Positions 30,708 to 40,029 of a DNA stretch of 64,000 nt are shown here, one piece after another. The notes beneath the pieces are model-generated. The model was given only the letters and a program-made list of their open reading frames with translations. It was not told where the DNA came from and did not search any database. The position numbers were made by a program, and so were the translations under genes. Each line of letters starts with the position of its first letter. The stretch's first letter is position 1. The stretch comes from Capsulimonadales bacterium (GTDB taxonomy: Bacteria > Armatimonadota > Armatimonadia > Armatimonadales > Armatimonadaceae), in assembly GCA_033762295.1 (NCBI GenBank), contig JANRLW010000071.1, positions 1-64,000 of the forward strand, in the 5' to 3' direction.

Positions 30708-31574
30708 CTACCGGCGCGGGTGGGCCGCCCGGTAGGCCGCCCGGAGACGGTCCGATGCGACATGCGTATAGATCTGTGTGGTGGTTATCCGGGCATGCCC
30801 GAGCATCTCCTGGATAGCCCGCAGGTCGCTGCCCCGGTTCAACAGGTGAGTGGCGAAGGAGTGACGGAGCCAGTGCGGCGACGGACGGTTCGGCAACCCG
30901 GCCAGATCGGCATAGCGTTTGATCCGTCGCCAGACCAGACCGCGCCCCATCGGTTTGCCACCCTGCATAAACACGAAGTCCCGCGGCCCGGTCCCCGCTC
31001 CTTTTTCCCGTCGGTATTCGCTCAGCCGCTCCAGGGTTGGTCGCGCCACCGGAACCACCCGCTGCTTGCCGCCCTTTCCCGAAACGCGCAGTCGCCCGTG
31101 ACGGTCGTCCAGATCCGCCCACCGAACATGGACCGCTTCCGACACCCGGAGGCCGCAGGCATACATCAATTCGAGAATCAGTCCGTCCCGGCGCGCCCGC
31201 ACGGTCGTCCTTCCGGGAGCGTCGAGGAGACGACGGACCTCGTCCACGGTCAGAAAGTGCGGCAGTTTGCGCCCGGTCCTCGTCCGCGCATCCACCCCGG
31301 CGACCGGGTTTTCGTCCATTATTCCTTCGCGTTCAAGGAATCGACAGAACGACGACAGCGCCGCCCGTTTCCGCGCGACCGTGGCGGTCGACATCTTTCT
31401 CACGATTCGCAGTTCGGTCAGGTACGCCTCGATGGCTCCGACAGTCAGTTGTCCGCTCTCGGTCAGCCAGTGACGGAGGTCGCTTCGATAGGCCGACAGC
31501 GTATTCTCCGAGAGGCCACGTTCACCGCGCAGATGCGACAGAAACTCGGACAGGCGCGTCTCGACGTCCGCCAT
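30708..31574 (-). CDS. xerD: Site-specific tyrosine recombinase XerD/XerC
   Basis: GLSENTLSAY, YACGLRVSE, GKGGKQR, HWLRHSFATHLL, LGHARITTTQIY. Confidence 0.88.
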   Translation of the reverse strand: MADVETRLSEFLSHLRGERGLSENTLSAYRSDLRHWLTESGQLTVGAIEAYLTELRIVRKMSTATVARKRAALSSFCRFLEREGIMDENPVAGVDARTRTGRKLPHFLTVDEVRRLLDAPGRTTVRARRDGLILELMYACGLRVSEAVHVRWADLDDRHGRLRVSGKGGKQRVVPVARPTLERLSEYRREKGAGTGPRDFVFMQGGKPMGRGLVWRRIKRYADLAGLPNRPSPHWLRHSFATHLLNRGSDLRAIQEMLGHARITTTQIYTHVASDRLRAAYRAAHPRR

Positions 31575-32404
31575 TATCGTTCCCCCGATGGCCGCGCGTC
31601 CGGGAACGGGTCCTCAATCACGATCGATCGGCCGGATTTTCGCGCGATGAACGCCGCCACCTCCGCCTGGCGCTCCTTCGGCGGCGCGGCCACCGAACGG
31701 AACATATCCCAGACGTCGCCGTTCGCAAACGTCACCTTAAAGGAAGGATTGCGTACCGGTCGGCCATTCGGCGCACGAAAGGAAACGACATTCGTCACCG
31801 CCGTGACTTCCTTCCAGGGGTAGCGAGTGACGCCGAGCGAAGCGTACCGATTGAGTGCGATCCCCTGCTCCGAAACGACCGTATACGAATCCAGGGTCAG
31901 CGGCAGTGTGATGGCGACGACGATCAGTAGGCTAATCATCAGTCCCTTGCCCACCTTCCGCATATCCAAGCCCGCTGACTGCCTCCGGTAGAGGTTCGCG
32001 GCCCGAATGGCATCATACAACTGATACTCCCGGAATTTTTCCGGTCCCATCCATCGTTCGAGCAACCGTTCCAGGGGGAACGCCGGCAGCGCGAGACCGA
32101 GGAAAAGCGCGTAAAGAGAGCGAACGGGATCGCCCGGTTGGAAGAGGTAAACCCCGTCCAACCCGGCCGAAATCAGGCTCGACAGGCCGCGCAGGACGAA
32201 AAAGATCAGCAGGCCGCACGGAACGGCAGCCGCGACGTACAGTCCGATGGCTTTCCGCTCCCAGGGGCGATACTCGGCTTCCAGTCGTTCGACCGAGACA
32301 TCGGGGGGTATTTCGATGCGCAGCGTCCGAATCCGGCTGAGTCCGAAAAAGATAAGCGGGACAAGAACGGCCGCCGATACGCCACCGATCACTCCGGAAT
32401 CCAT
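31574..32404 (-). CDS. Hypothetical membrane protein
   Basis: About four hydrophobic segments; aggagg SD; 1-nt overlap with xerD. Confidence 0.7.
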   Translation of the reverse strand: MDSGVIGGVSAAVLVPLIFFGLSRIRTLRIEIPPDVSVERLEAEYRPWERKAIGLYVAAAVPCGLLIFFVLRGLSSLISAGLDGVYLFQPGDPVRSLYALFLGLALPAFPLERLLERWMGPEKFREYQLYDAIRAANLYRRQSAGLDMRKVGKGLMISLLIVVAITLPLTLDSYTVVSEQGIALNRYASLGVTRYPWKEVTAVTNVVSFRAPNGRPVRNPSFKVTFANGDVWDMFRSVAAPPKERQAEVAAFIARKSGRSIVIEDPFPDARPSGER

Positions 32405-32466
32405 CGGGTTCCTCCTGAACGTTTACGGACGGTCGGACCCGACGTTACTCCGTCTCCTTCAATGAA

Positions 32467-32497
32467 GCGGCCCGCCTTCAAAACGAAGGCGGGCCGC
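32467..32497 (-). terminator. Hairpin downstream of ftsZ
   Basis: 13-bp perfect stem gcggcccgccttc / gaaggcgggccgc; weak U tract. Confidence 0.6.
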
Positions 32498-32519
32498 CGC
32501 AAGGGAGAATCCCGGACGC

Positions 32520-33590
32520 TTAGCGGCGTCGGAGGAACGCGGGAATATCGATATCGTTGTTCGCCGGGACACGGGCAGGTTCCGGCTCGGACTTCTCCTT
32601 CGCCGATCCGGAGAACGGCAGATCGGTCTTCCGGGTCGGACGGCTGTCAAATCCGGTCGCCAGAACGGTGATGCGGACCGCCCCTTGCAGGCGCGGATCG
32701 ACGACCGTACCGAAGATGATGTTGGCATCCTCGGCGTCGGTGCCCTCGCGGATCAGATCGGCGGCCTCATAAACCTCGGACAGCGTCAGGTCCGGTCCGG
32801 CGGTGACGTTGACGAGGACGGCGCGCGCCCCGGAGATATCGGTTTCGAGGAGCGGGGACGAAATGGCCGCCTGCGCCGCTTCCACGGCGCGATGATCGCC
32901 GTCGGCGAAGCCGATCCCCATCAGCGCGGAACCCGCGTCGCTCATGACCGCCTTGACGTCGGCGAAGTCGACGTTGATCAGACCGGGGATCGTGATGATG
33001 TCGGAGATGCCCGCGACGCCCTGTCGAAGCACATCGTCCGCTTCCTTGAACGCCTCGATCAGGGTCGCTTTCTTTTCAACGACGTGCAGGAGCCGATCGT
33101 TCGGGATGACGATGACCGTATCGACATGGTCCTTCAGGTTATCGATGCCGTCCTCGGCCAACCGTGCCCGGCGCGGTCCCTCGAACCGGAACGGCTTGGT
33201 GACGACCGCAACCGTCAGAATGCCCGCATCCTTGGCGATTTCGGCGATGACCGGGGCCGCGCCCGTACCGGTCCCACCGCCCATACCGGCGGTCACGAAG
33301 ACCATATCGGCGCCTTCAAGGGCCTTTTTGATGTCCGATTTGCTCTCTTCGGCGGACGCGCGACCGATCTCAGGGTTACCGCCCGCTCCCAACCCCTTGG
33401 TCAGGTTTTCGCCCAGCTGCAGGGTGTTATCGGCAAGCGACGTTTTCAGCACCTGGATATCGGTGTTCATCGCCCAGAAATCGACGCCGGACAGCCCGGC
33501 TTCGATCATGCGATTTACGGCGTTCGTTCCGCCACCCCCCACACCGACGACTTTAATTCGCGCAAACGGTTCTACTGGATTTGCGGCCAT
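32520..33590 (-). CDS. ftsZ: Cell division protein FtsZ
   Basis: [24 protein letters not shown]-terminal DIPAFLRR. Confidence 0.99.
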   Translation of the reverse strand: MAANPVEPFARIKVVGVGGGGTNAVNRMIEAGLSGVDFWAMNTDIQVLKTSLADNTLQLGENLTKGLGAGGNPEIGRASAEESKSDIKKALEGADMVFVTAGMGGGTGTGAAPVIAEIAKDAGILTVAVVTKPFRFEGPRRARLAEDGIDNLKDHVDTVIVIPNDRLLHVVEKKATLIEAFKEADDVLRQGVAGISDIITIPGLINVDFADVKAVMSDAGSALMGIGFADGDHRAVEAAQAAISSPLLETDISGARAVLVNVTAGPDLTLSEVYEAADLIREGTDAEDANIIFGTVVDPRLQGAVRITVLATGFDSRPTRKTDLPFSGSAKEKSEPEPARVPANNDIDIPAFLRRR

Positions 33591-33686
33591 ATACCCACGT
33601 TCCCCCTGAAGATGCCAACGGTCCTGGCGTCTGCAATCTCATCAACGCCGCCTGACGACGACGGGAAATCGGCATTTTTATGAACA

Positions 33687-33733
33687 CCACCAGATATGGC
33701 GATGTCGTTCCATTATCTTAGCATATATAGTAG
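33687..33733. promoter_or_regulatory. Tandem NrdR-box-like sites upstream of ftsZ
   Basis: ccaccagatatggcga (33687-33702) and ttagcatatatagtag (33718-33733), starts 31 bp apart. Confidence 0.5.
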
Positions 33734-33818
33734 GTTTTGCGAATCGCAAAATCATTAATTGCCGAACTTTCTACTAATTTTTTGTCGGTAACCGTGCGCG
33801 CCCGTAACGCTTCCGTCC

Positions 33819-35060
33819 TCACTTCCGCCCGACGCTCAGACGGATTCGCCGCAGCCAGCCGAGGAGGGCGCCCAGCAACCCGCTCTCGGTCTCTCGCCGG
33901 ACGATACCGGTCTGCAAACGCCCTCCCCAGAGCACCAGGCCGACCGAAGTGGCGAACGTCGGAGAGTTCACCGCTTCGGAAAGACCGCCGACCCCTCCGG
34001 GGTAGCCGACCCGGACCGGCATACCAGTGATATCCCGCCCCAGTTCCCGCATGCCTCCGAGCATGGCGCCGCCACCGGAAAGAACCATGCCCGCCGGCAA
34101 GACGGAGGCGAACTCCGACCGGGCCAGTTCTCGCCGTACGAGTTGGAACGTCTCCGTCGCCCGAGGCTCGATGATCGATGCCAGGGTCAGGACCGTCTCG
34201 GTGACCTCCTCGCCGGTACCCAGCAGGGTATACCGGAAGGTCGCATCCGGAGACACCGACTTGGCGCGCGTGGTGCCGTGGGCCAGTTTGACCCGTTCCG
34301 CCTCCTCCGGAGACATTCGCAACCCGGCGGCGATATCGCGCGTGACATAGTGCCCGCCGACCGGAACGACCACCGAATAACAGATATCCCCGTTCCGAAA
34401 GACGGCGACATCGGCCGTTCCACCGCCGATATCGACCAGAACGACGCCCATCTCCTTTTCGGCGTCCGCCAGCACGGCATCCGCCGTCGCCAGCGGTTCC
34501 AGTACCAGGTCCTCGACATGCAGGTGGGCGCGTTCGACACAGGTGACGACGTTGCGTAGGAACGAGGTGGCTCCGGTGACGATATGCGTCTCCACTTCCA
34601 GCCGGGTTCCGCTCATCCCGACCGGGCTGCGAATCCCGTTCTGCCCGTCGATCGCGTACCCACGCGGGATGGCGTGAACGATCTCCCGGTCCGGCGGCAG
34701 GACGATCACCTTGCTGCTCTCAACGACCCGCGTCACGTCGTCGGGAGTCACCTCCCGGTCGGTATGGGTGATCGCGATGACCCCACGGGAGTTCAGCGAG
34801 GCAATATGTTCACCGGTAACGCCGACGATGACGGCGTGGATCTCCACCCCCGCCATGCGCTGCGCTTTCCCGATCGCGTCCTCGATGGCGCGAACCGTCT
34901 GTTCGATATCGACCACCACCCCGCGGCGAATGCCGGTCGAGGCGGCGACGCCGACCCCCAAGATATCGACGCGTCCCGTCTCGCTCGTCACTTCGGCGAC
35001 GAGCGCGCAGACTTTGGTCGTTCCGATATCGAGACCAACAACGATGTCGCCTTTCGCCAT
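33819..35060 (-). CDS. ftsA: Cell division protein FtsA
   Basis: GLDIGTTKV, DIGGGT, VLSGGGA. Confidence 0.98.
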   Translation of the reverse strand: MAKGDIVVGLDIGTTKVCALVAEVTSETGRVDILGVGVAASTGIRRGVVVDIEQTVRAIEDAIGKAQRMAGVEIHAVIVGVTGEHIASLNSRGVIAITHTDREVTPDDVTRVVESSKVIVLPPDREIVHAIPRGYAIDGQNGIRSPVGMSGTRLEVETHIVTGATSFLRNVVTCVERAHLHVEDLVLEPLATADAVLADAEKEMGVVLVDIGGGTADVAVFRNGDICYSVVVPVGGHYVTRDIAAGLRMSPEEAERVKLAHGTTRAKSVSPDATFRYTLLGTGEEVTETVLTLASIIEPRATETFQLVRRELARSEFASVLPAGMVLSGGGAMLGGMRELGRDITGMPVRVGYPGGVGGLSEAVNSPTFATSVGLVLWGGRLQTGIVRRETESGLLGALLGWLRRIRLSVGRK

Positions 35061-35099
35061 GATTCCGGGCTCAGAACGGCACGGTACGAGACCGACCGC

Positions 35100-35474
35100 C
35101 TAAGCCTCCTTTCTCGCCGCCAGTTGCCGCTGTGTCAGGTAGTACCGTCGGATCAGGGAAAGGTTCAGGAAAACGCGCCCGCCGAGAAGCACGACCGCCG
35201 CCAGAAACAGGTCGACCCCGATACGGTCTCCCAGGTAGGCCAGAAACGCGGCAATCAGTGTGTTGATGGCAAACCCGGAAAGGAAGATGTCGTCCGCGAA
35301 CTTCCCCTCAAGCCCGGCGCGATACCCGCCGCAGACGGCATCGACGCCTGCCAGCGCGGCCAGGCTGAGATACGGTCCCAGAAACGGAGGGACGGTCAAC
35401 TGGGTGAAATAGACGCTGAGGAATCCGACGATCAGGCCGACAATCGGCAGTGCGAGCATACGCCTGGATAACAT
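35100..35474 (-). CDS. sbp: Small basic protein (DUF1290)
   Basis: YLSLAALAGVDAVCGG.RA.LEGKF.D.IF.SGF..N; position before ftsA. Confidence 0.88.
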   Translation of the reverse strand: MLSRRMLALPIVGLIVGFLSVYFTQLTVPPFLGPYLSLAALAGVDAVCGGYRAGLEGKFADDIFLSGFAINTLIAAFLAYLGDRIGVDLFLAAVVLLGGRVFLNLSLIRRYYLTQRQLAARKEA

Positions 35475-35499
35475 CTCCCAACCTTCCTTACTTCCGAAC

Positions 35500-36366
35500 T
35501 TAATTCTGGTGAATGACGCCCTTTTCCGCTTCGGCCGGTACCGGCCCGTTCGCACCCGCCTTCTCCGATGCCTGCTGCGCCTGCTGCGCCTTGGCGTCCG
35601 TGGCCGGCTGAGCAAATCGCAACGGCATGGCTCCCGCATAGGCAGGGAGGGTCAGACCGTTTTTCTTTTCCACCATAATCATACTGGGATCCAGGATATT
35701 GTACTGCTCCGCGACGCCCCCCTTCATATTCAACGCGTTCAACAGGGTCACCGGATCGCCGATGGCCTGGATACGGACCGGCGAACCGTTGGTCGTCACG
35801 TTATTCACCAATACGGACGGCCCGACACAGCGCACCGCCGTCGTCGACACGACCCGCTGGTCATTGACCGCCAGCGCCTCCGCTCCGGCCGCCCGCAGTT
35901 CGTTGATGACGGCCTGAATATCCTGATCGTGGATCAGGTAGGAGCGTACCAGTTCGATATAGGATTCCTGACTCATGTCGGCCGGTTTCGCCGGCGCTTT
36001 GGACGAATCCTTCAGGGTCACCACCACGCCCGGCCCGGTCACCGCCACCATTCCGGCCAGCAGATTCGCCTTCTGCAGGTCGGCCGAAAGCAGTTCGGCG
36101 TTGCCGTTGTCCTGCGCCGCCGCTTTCTGGTATTTGGTGAGACGGCTCTGAAGATCCGCGATCTTCTTCATCTGCTCGACATTGGTATCGCGCAGTTCGG
36201 CATAGGCCGCCGCCAGCTGGCTGATACGCATGTTCGGCAACTGGTCTCGCCGTATGCGATCCTGCGTTTTCAAGGAAAGGGCGAGCAAGGCCCCGAGAAT
36301 AATGGAGAGAAACGTCACCTGGGTGACCCAGGGTCGATGTCGAACCGGAGACGTAAACACGCTCAT
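35500..36366 (-). CDS. DUF881 family protein
   Basis: AG...V.GPGV.VTL.D, HDQD...INEL.AAGAEA.AVNDQR. Confidence 0.92.
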   Translation of the reverse strand: MSVFTSPVRHRPWVTQVTFLSIILGALLALSLKTQDRIRRDQLPNMRISQLAAAYAELRDTNVEQMKKIADLQSRLTKYQKAAAQDNGNAELLSADLQKANLLAGMVAVTGPGVVVTLKDSSKAPAKPADMSQESYIELVRSYLIHDQDIQAVINELRAAGAEALAVNDQRVVSTTAVRCVGPSVLVNNVTTNGSPVRIQAIGDPVTLLNALNMKGGVAEQYNILDPSMIMVEKKNGLTLPAYAGAMPLRFAQPATDAKAQQAQQASEKAGANGPVPAEAEKGVIHQN

Positions 36367-37505
36367 GGGTGCTCCCGGGTACGGTCGGTCGCCTCCGTAC
36401 CGAGGCTGCGGGAAAGAGAACGGTCGGATGAGTGCGCCTTTGCCGACGCGGTGGCGATCGTGTCGCGGGGCATCACCGCCGGGGCTTCGCAGGCATAAAG
36501 ATTGACGTAGGCAGCCCGGGAGAGGTCGTATCGCTCCATCACCAGTGCGAGAGCTTTCAGCTTTTTCGACAGGTCCACTGCCGACCCGAGCCGGATTTCG
36601 GTGCCGCCGTCACTATTAAAGCACAGTTTCCCGGCCCGGTCAATTGTGATGTCTCTCAGGACGAAATCGGTGCGCCCCCTCGCCCAATCCAGGCATTCGC
36701 GGACCTCGGCCAGGCCGCGCGCCTCCAGTTTCCTTCCCGGCGTCACCACCGTTCCGGCCGTCCGCGCCGCCGTCTCTCCGGCGACGGTCTCCCCGGTCGC
36801 GGCCAGCACCACCCTCGGCAGTCCGGGTTCGGGCGCTTTCGCCTTTCGAAACGGCACCAGATGACTATCGATCGTCCACCACTCCTCCCGATCGATACGG
36901 ACACTGGCCCAGGGCTGCCGTTCCCTCACCCGGATTTCCACCTTTCGCGGCAATATCCGTCGCACTTCGACCGATTCGAAGGTCGGTTCCTGCGCCAGTG
37001 CGCCCTTCAGACGGTCGGTCGGGAAAAGGAAAAGGTTGGTTCCCATCCACCGTTGCGCCTTCCCGACGACGACGGCCGTCGGAATCGCCGCATTTCCGGC
37101 GACCGAGACCTCGTGTACGGCAAGCCGGGGCGAGAGGAACAGCGCGGCGACAATCTCCAGAGCCAGTCCGACCGAAACGATCCCCAGCGCGATTCGCGCA
37201 TAGTTCGGTCGCCGTCGATTGAGACGGACCCGCCGTCGTGATGTCGCCCGATCGCGATACCCCGTCGCCTTCCAACGCTGGGCGGACGGGTTCGGGCGAT
37301 TCCGGTCCGCCGAGTCCGGACCGGGCGGCGGACCCGGTGGCGGCGGCAGGGGCATCCCCTGCTGCAAGTCACGATAGGCGCGTTGCTGTCGACTGACGGG
37401 CCGGGGACCGGCATCGATCGGCTCCTTGCGGACCTCGCGCGAGTTCGGCCGCAGGCGCGACGCCGGCGCCTCAGGGTTTCGTCGGGAAGGATCGTTTCGA
37501 CGCAT
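36363..37505 (-). CDS. ftsQ: Cell division protein FtsQ/DivIB with a long disordered N-terminus (start uncertain, alternative 37553)
   Basis: TM helix followed by POTRA-like V.V.GN...V.RILP..V.I.V.ER.P; dcw position. Confidence 0.85.
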   Translation of the reverse strand: MRRNDPSRRNPEAPASRLRPNSREVRKEPIDAGPRPVSRQQRAYRDLQQGMPLPPPPGPPPGPDSADRNRPNPSAQRWKATGYRDRATSRRRVRLNRRRPNYARIALGIVSVGLALEIVAALFLSPRLAVHEVSVAGNAAIPTAVVVGKAQRWMGTNLFLFPTDRLKGALAQEPTFESVEVRRILPRKVEIRVRERQPWASVRIDREEWWTIDSHLVPFRKAKAPEPGLPRVVLAATGETVAGETAARTAGTVVTPGRKLEARGLAEVRECLDWARGRTDFVLRDITIDRAGKLCFNSDGGTEIRLGSAVDLSKKLKALALVMERYDLSRAAYVNLYACEAPAVMPRDTIATASAKAHSSDRSLSRSLGTEATDRTREHP

Positions 37506-37536
37506 GGTCTTTTCCAGTTCGGAGATCGGGTTTTCG

Positions 37537-38562
37537 CTATTTTTCGACCGCATAGGCGATCAGTCGGTCCATCAGTTCGGGGAAGGGAATTCCGGCCGCC
37601 GCCGCCGCTTTCGGCAACAGGGAGGTCACCGTCATCCCCGGAATCGTGTTGATCTCCAGAGTGATGACCTCGCCGTAATCCGTCACGAACATATCGGTAC
37701 GGCTCATCCCCCGGCATCCCAGCAGACGATGACAGCGAACCGCGATCTCCTGCGCCTCGCGGGCGATCTCTTCGTCGATACGGGCGGGCACGATCTCCCG
37801 CGCGGCCACGGCCTCGTCCTGAGAATACTTGGACTGATAATCAAAAAATCCGTCCGGAGGGACGATTTCCACGACCGGAAGCGCGAACGGCTCGCGATTG
37901 CCCAGAACCGCGACCGTGATTTCGGTCCCGAAGATTCGCTGTTCCACCAGAACGGTATCATCGTAACGGAACGCCTCCGTCAGCGCATCGGTCAGCGTTT
38001 CGGCGTCGGTCGCGACCGTGCAGCCGTAGGTGCTCCCCTGACGGGACGGCTTGACGACCACGGGGAACCCCAGATTTCGCGCCACCTCGTTCCCGGCTCT
38101 TCGCAGGCGCGGCGCATCGTCCCGGGTCAGCACCAGCCCGGGCGGCGTCACAATGTTTTCGGTTCCCAGAAAAATCTTGCAACGCATCTTATCCATCGCC
38201 AGCGCCGACGCCAGCACGCCGGAACCGGTATAGGGAATGCCGAGCGTCTCCAGAAAGCCCTGCACCGACCCGTCCTCGCCGCCCGGTCCGTGCAGCGCGA
38301 TAAAGACGACATTAGGCCTTTCGGCGAGAGCGACCGTCGGCAGCGCCGTCAATGCGTTCACCGGTCGACCATCCACGGCGGTCAACTGCGCCACCGGACG
38401 GTTCATTTCCGCCGGAAGGAAGCGCTCCCCGGAGGCCGTGTCCAGCGCATACACCTCGTATCGGTCCGGGTCCAACGCGTTCAGCACCTGCAGTCCGGTC
38501 GCCAGCGAGACGTCACGCTCCGCCGATCTCCCGCCCATCAGAACCGCCACACGTCTTTTCAT
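37537..38562 (-). CDS. ddl: D-alanine--D-alanine ligase
   Basis: GGRSAERDVSL, LHGPGGEDG, FDYQSKY, EINTIPGMT. Confidence 0.97.
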   Translation of the reverse strand: MKRRVAVLMGGRSAERDVSLATGLQVLNALDPDRYEVYALDTASGERFLPAEMNRPVAQLTAVDGRPVNALTALPTVALAERPNVVFIALHGPGGEDGSVQGFLETLGIPYTGSGVLASALAMDKMRCKIFLGTENIVTPPGLVLTRDDAPRLRRAGNEVARNLGFPVVVKPSRQGSTYGCTVATDAETLTDALTEAFRYDDTVLVEQRIFGTEITVAVLGNREPFALPVVEIVPPDGFFDYQSKYSQDEAVAAREIVPARIDEEIAREAQEIAVRCHRLLGCRGMSRTDMFVTDYGEVITLEINTIPGMTVTSLLPKAAAAAGIPFPELMDRLIAYAVEK

Positions 38563-40025
38563 TGCGTGTCCCTCAATCGGGCGAGCAGTTGTTCCCCCGC
38601 CTTTCGAATATCTCCGGCTCCCATCGTCAACACGATATCTCCGGGGCGAATCGTTTCCGTCAGGTATGCCGCGATGTCGTTCTTGTCCGGAATATGAAGC
38701 ACGGTTCCGTCCGGCTGTCGTGCGCGGACCCGGGCAGCCAGTGTTTCCGACGAGACGCCGGGCAGAGGCCGTTCCCGTGCCAGATAGATATCCGTCAAGA
38801 CGATCAGATCGGCTTTCAAGGCGTCGGCGAAATCCTCCATGAAATCCCGGGTGCGCGACGGCAGGTGCGGCTGAAAGATCGCGATCAGGCGGCGATCCGG
38901 AAACGCGGACCGGGTGGCGGCCAGGGTGGCGCGGATTTCCGTCGGATGGTGGGCGTAATCGTCAATGATCCACGCGCCGTTCGCCTCGCCCAGTCGCTCG
39001 AAACGCCGCCCGGTCCCGGTAAACGAATCCAGTCCCGCCAGGATCGTTTCGTCCGGCAGTCCCAGCGTGAACCCGACCGCCGCCGCGGCCAGCGCATTGA
39101 GAACATTGTGCTGTCCCGGGACTTTCAGCCGGACATGACCGACGAACACTCCGGGAACGAACTCCGTGTCCTCCCCCCGGTCCCGATGCAGATCGAACTC
39201 CGCCCCCGCCTCGGAAAATGTCATGTTTCGCGCCGAAACCGCTCCCCGCTCGCCGTACGTCAGGAGTCGGGCCTCATCTCGTGTCGCGCCTTCCAGCGGA
39301 TCACGCGCGGACCCCGCCTCCGGAAGAAACGATACGATCGCCGTCCCGCCCGGTTTGATCTGCTGCACGAAACGTCGAAACGAGGCGAACACGGCCTCCT
39401 CGGTACCATGATAATCGAGATGATCGGCCTCGATATTGGTGATGACGGCGATTTCCGGATGCAGATAAAGGAACCCGTCGTAAGCCTCGCAGGCCTCGGC
39501 GAGAACGATGTCGCCACCCGGACGGTCGGGGTCGCCGTTCCGGGCGTTTCCGCCGATGCGCGGCAAATCTCCTCCGATCAGGATCGTCGGTTCCCAAGCC
39601 GCTTCCAGCAAAAGGGATGCCACCATTCCGGTCGTCGTCGTCTTGCCGTGGGTTCCGGCGATGGCGATTCCCCGCCCCGCATTGAAGATCGCGCCAAGCG
39701 CTTCCGGGCGTCGGAAAACGGGAATACCTCGCTCCCGCGCCGCCCGGATCTCCGGGTTGGTCTCGTCGACGGCATCGGTCGCCACGACCGCCGCCGCCTC
39801 TCCGACCTGCATCGGATCGTGCTGACGATAGACCGTCACACCGACCGATTCCAGTCGTGTCCGGGTGGCTTCCGTGATCCCCGGATCGCTTCCGGCGATC
39901 TCGCGTCCGCGCTGCGCCAGAACCCGGGCAATCGCGCTCATTCCCGCGCCGCCGATTCCGACGAAGTAGAGAGGGCCGTCGGGCAAAGGGCGCGGCGTCG
40001 CCGGTACCGGTTCTTTTTTCAGCAT
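38559..40025 (-). CDS. murC: UDP-N-acetylmuramate--L-alanine ligase
   Basis: GIGGAGMS, GTHGKTTT, DDYAHHPTEI, FQPH. Confidence 0.97.
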   Translation of the reverse strand: MLKKEPVPATPRPLPDGPLYFVGIGGAGMSAIARVLAQRGREIAGSDPGITEATRTRLESVGVTVYRQHDPMQVGEAAAVVATDAVDETNPEIRAARERGIPVFRRPEALGAIFNAGRGIAIAGTHGKTTTTGMVASLLLEAAWEPTILIGGDLPRIGGNARNGDPDRPGGDIVLAEACEAYDGFLYLHPEIAVITNIEADHLDYHGTEEAVFASFRRFVQQIKPGGTAIVSFLPEAGSARDPLEGATRDEARLLTYGERGAVSARNMTFSEAGAEFDLHRDRGEDTEFVPGVFVGHVRLKVPGQHNVLNALAAAAVGFTLGLPDETILAGLDSFTGTGRRFERLGEANGAWIIDDYAHHPTEIRATLAATRSAFPDRRLIAIFQPHLPSRTRDFMEDFADALKADLIVLTDIYLARERPLPGVSSETLAARVRARQPDGTVLHIPDKNDIAAYLTETIRPGDIVLTMGAGDIRKAGEQLLARLRDTQ

Positions 40026-40029
40026 GGTT

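Noticed and set aside
30708..31574. Tyrosine recombinase as an integrase or pilin shufflon invertase
   Set aside because: XerD-like size and motifs; no att sites, phage genes or inverted cassettes seen; all three pilins are co-oriented
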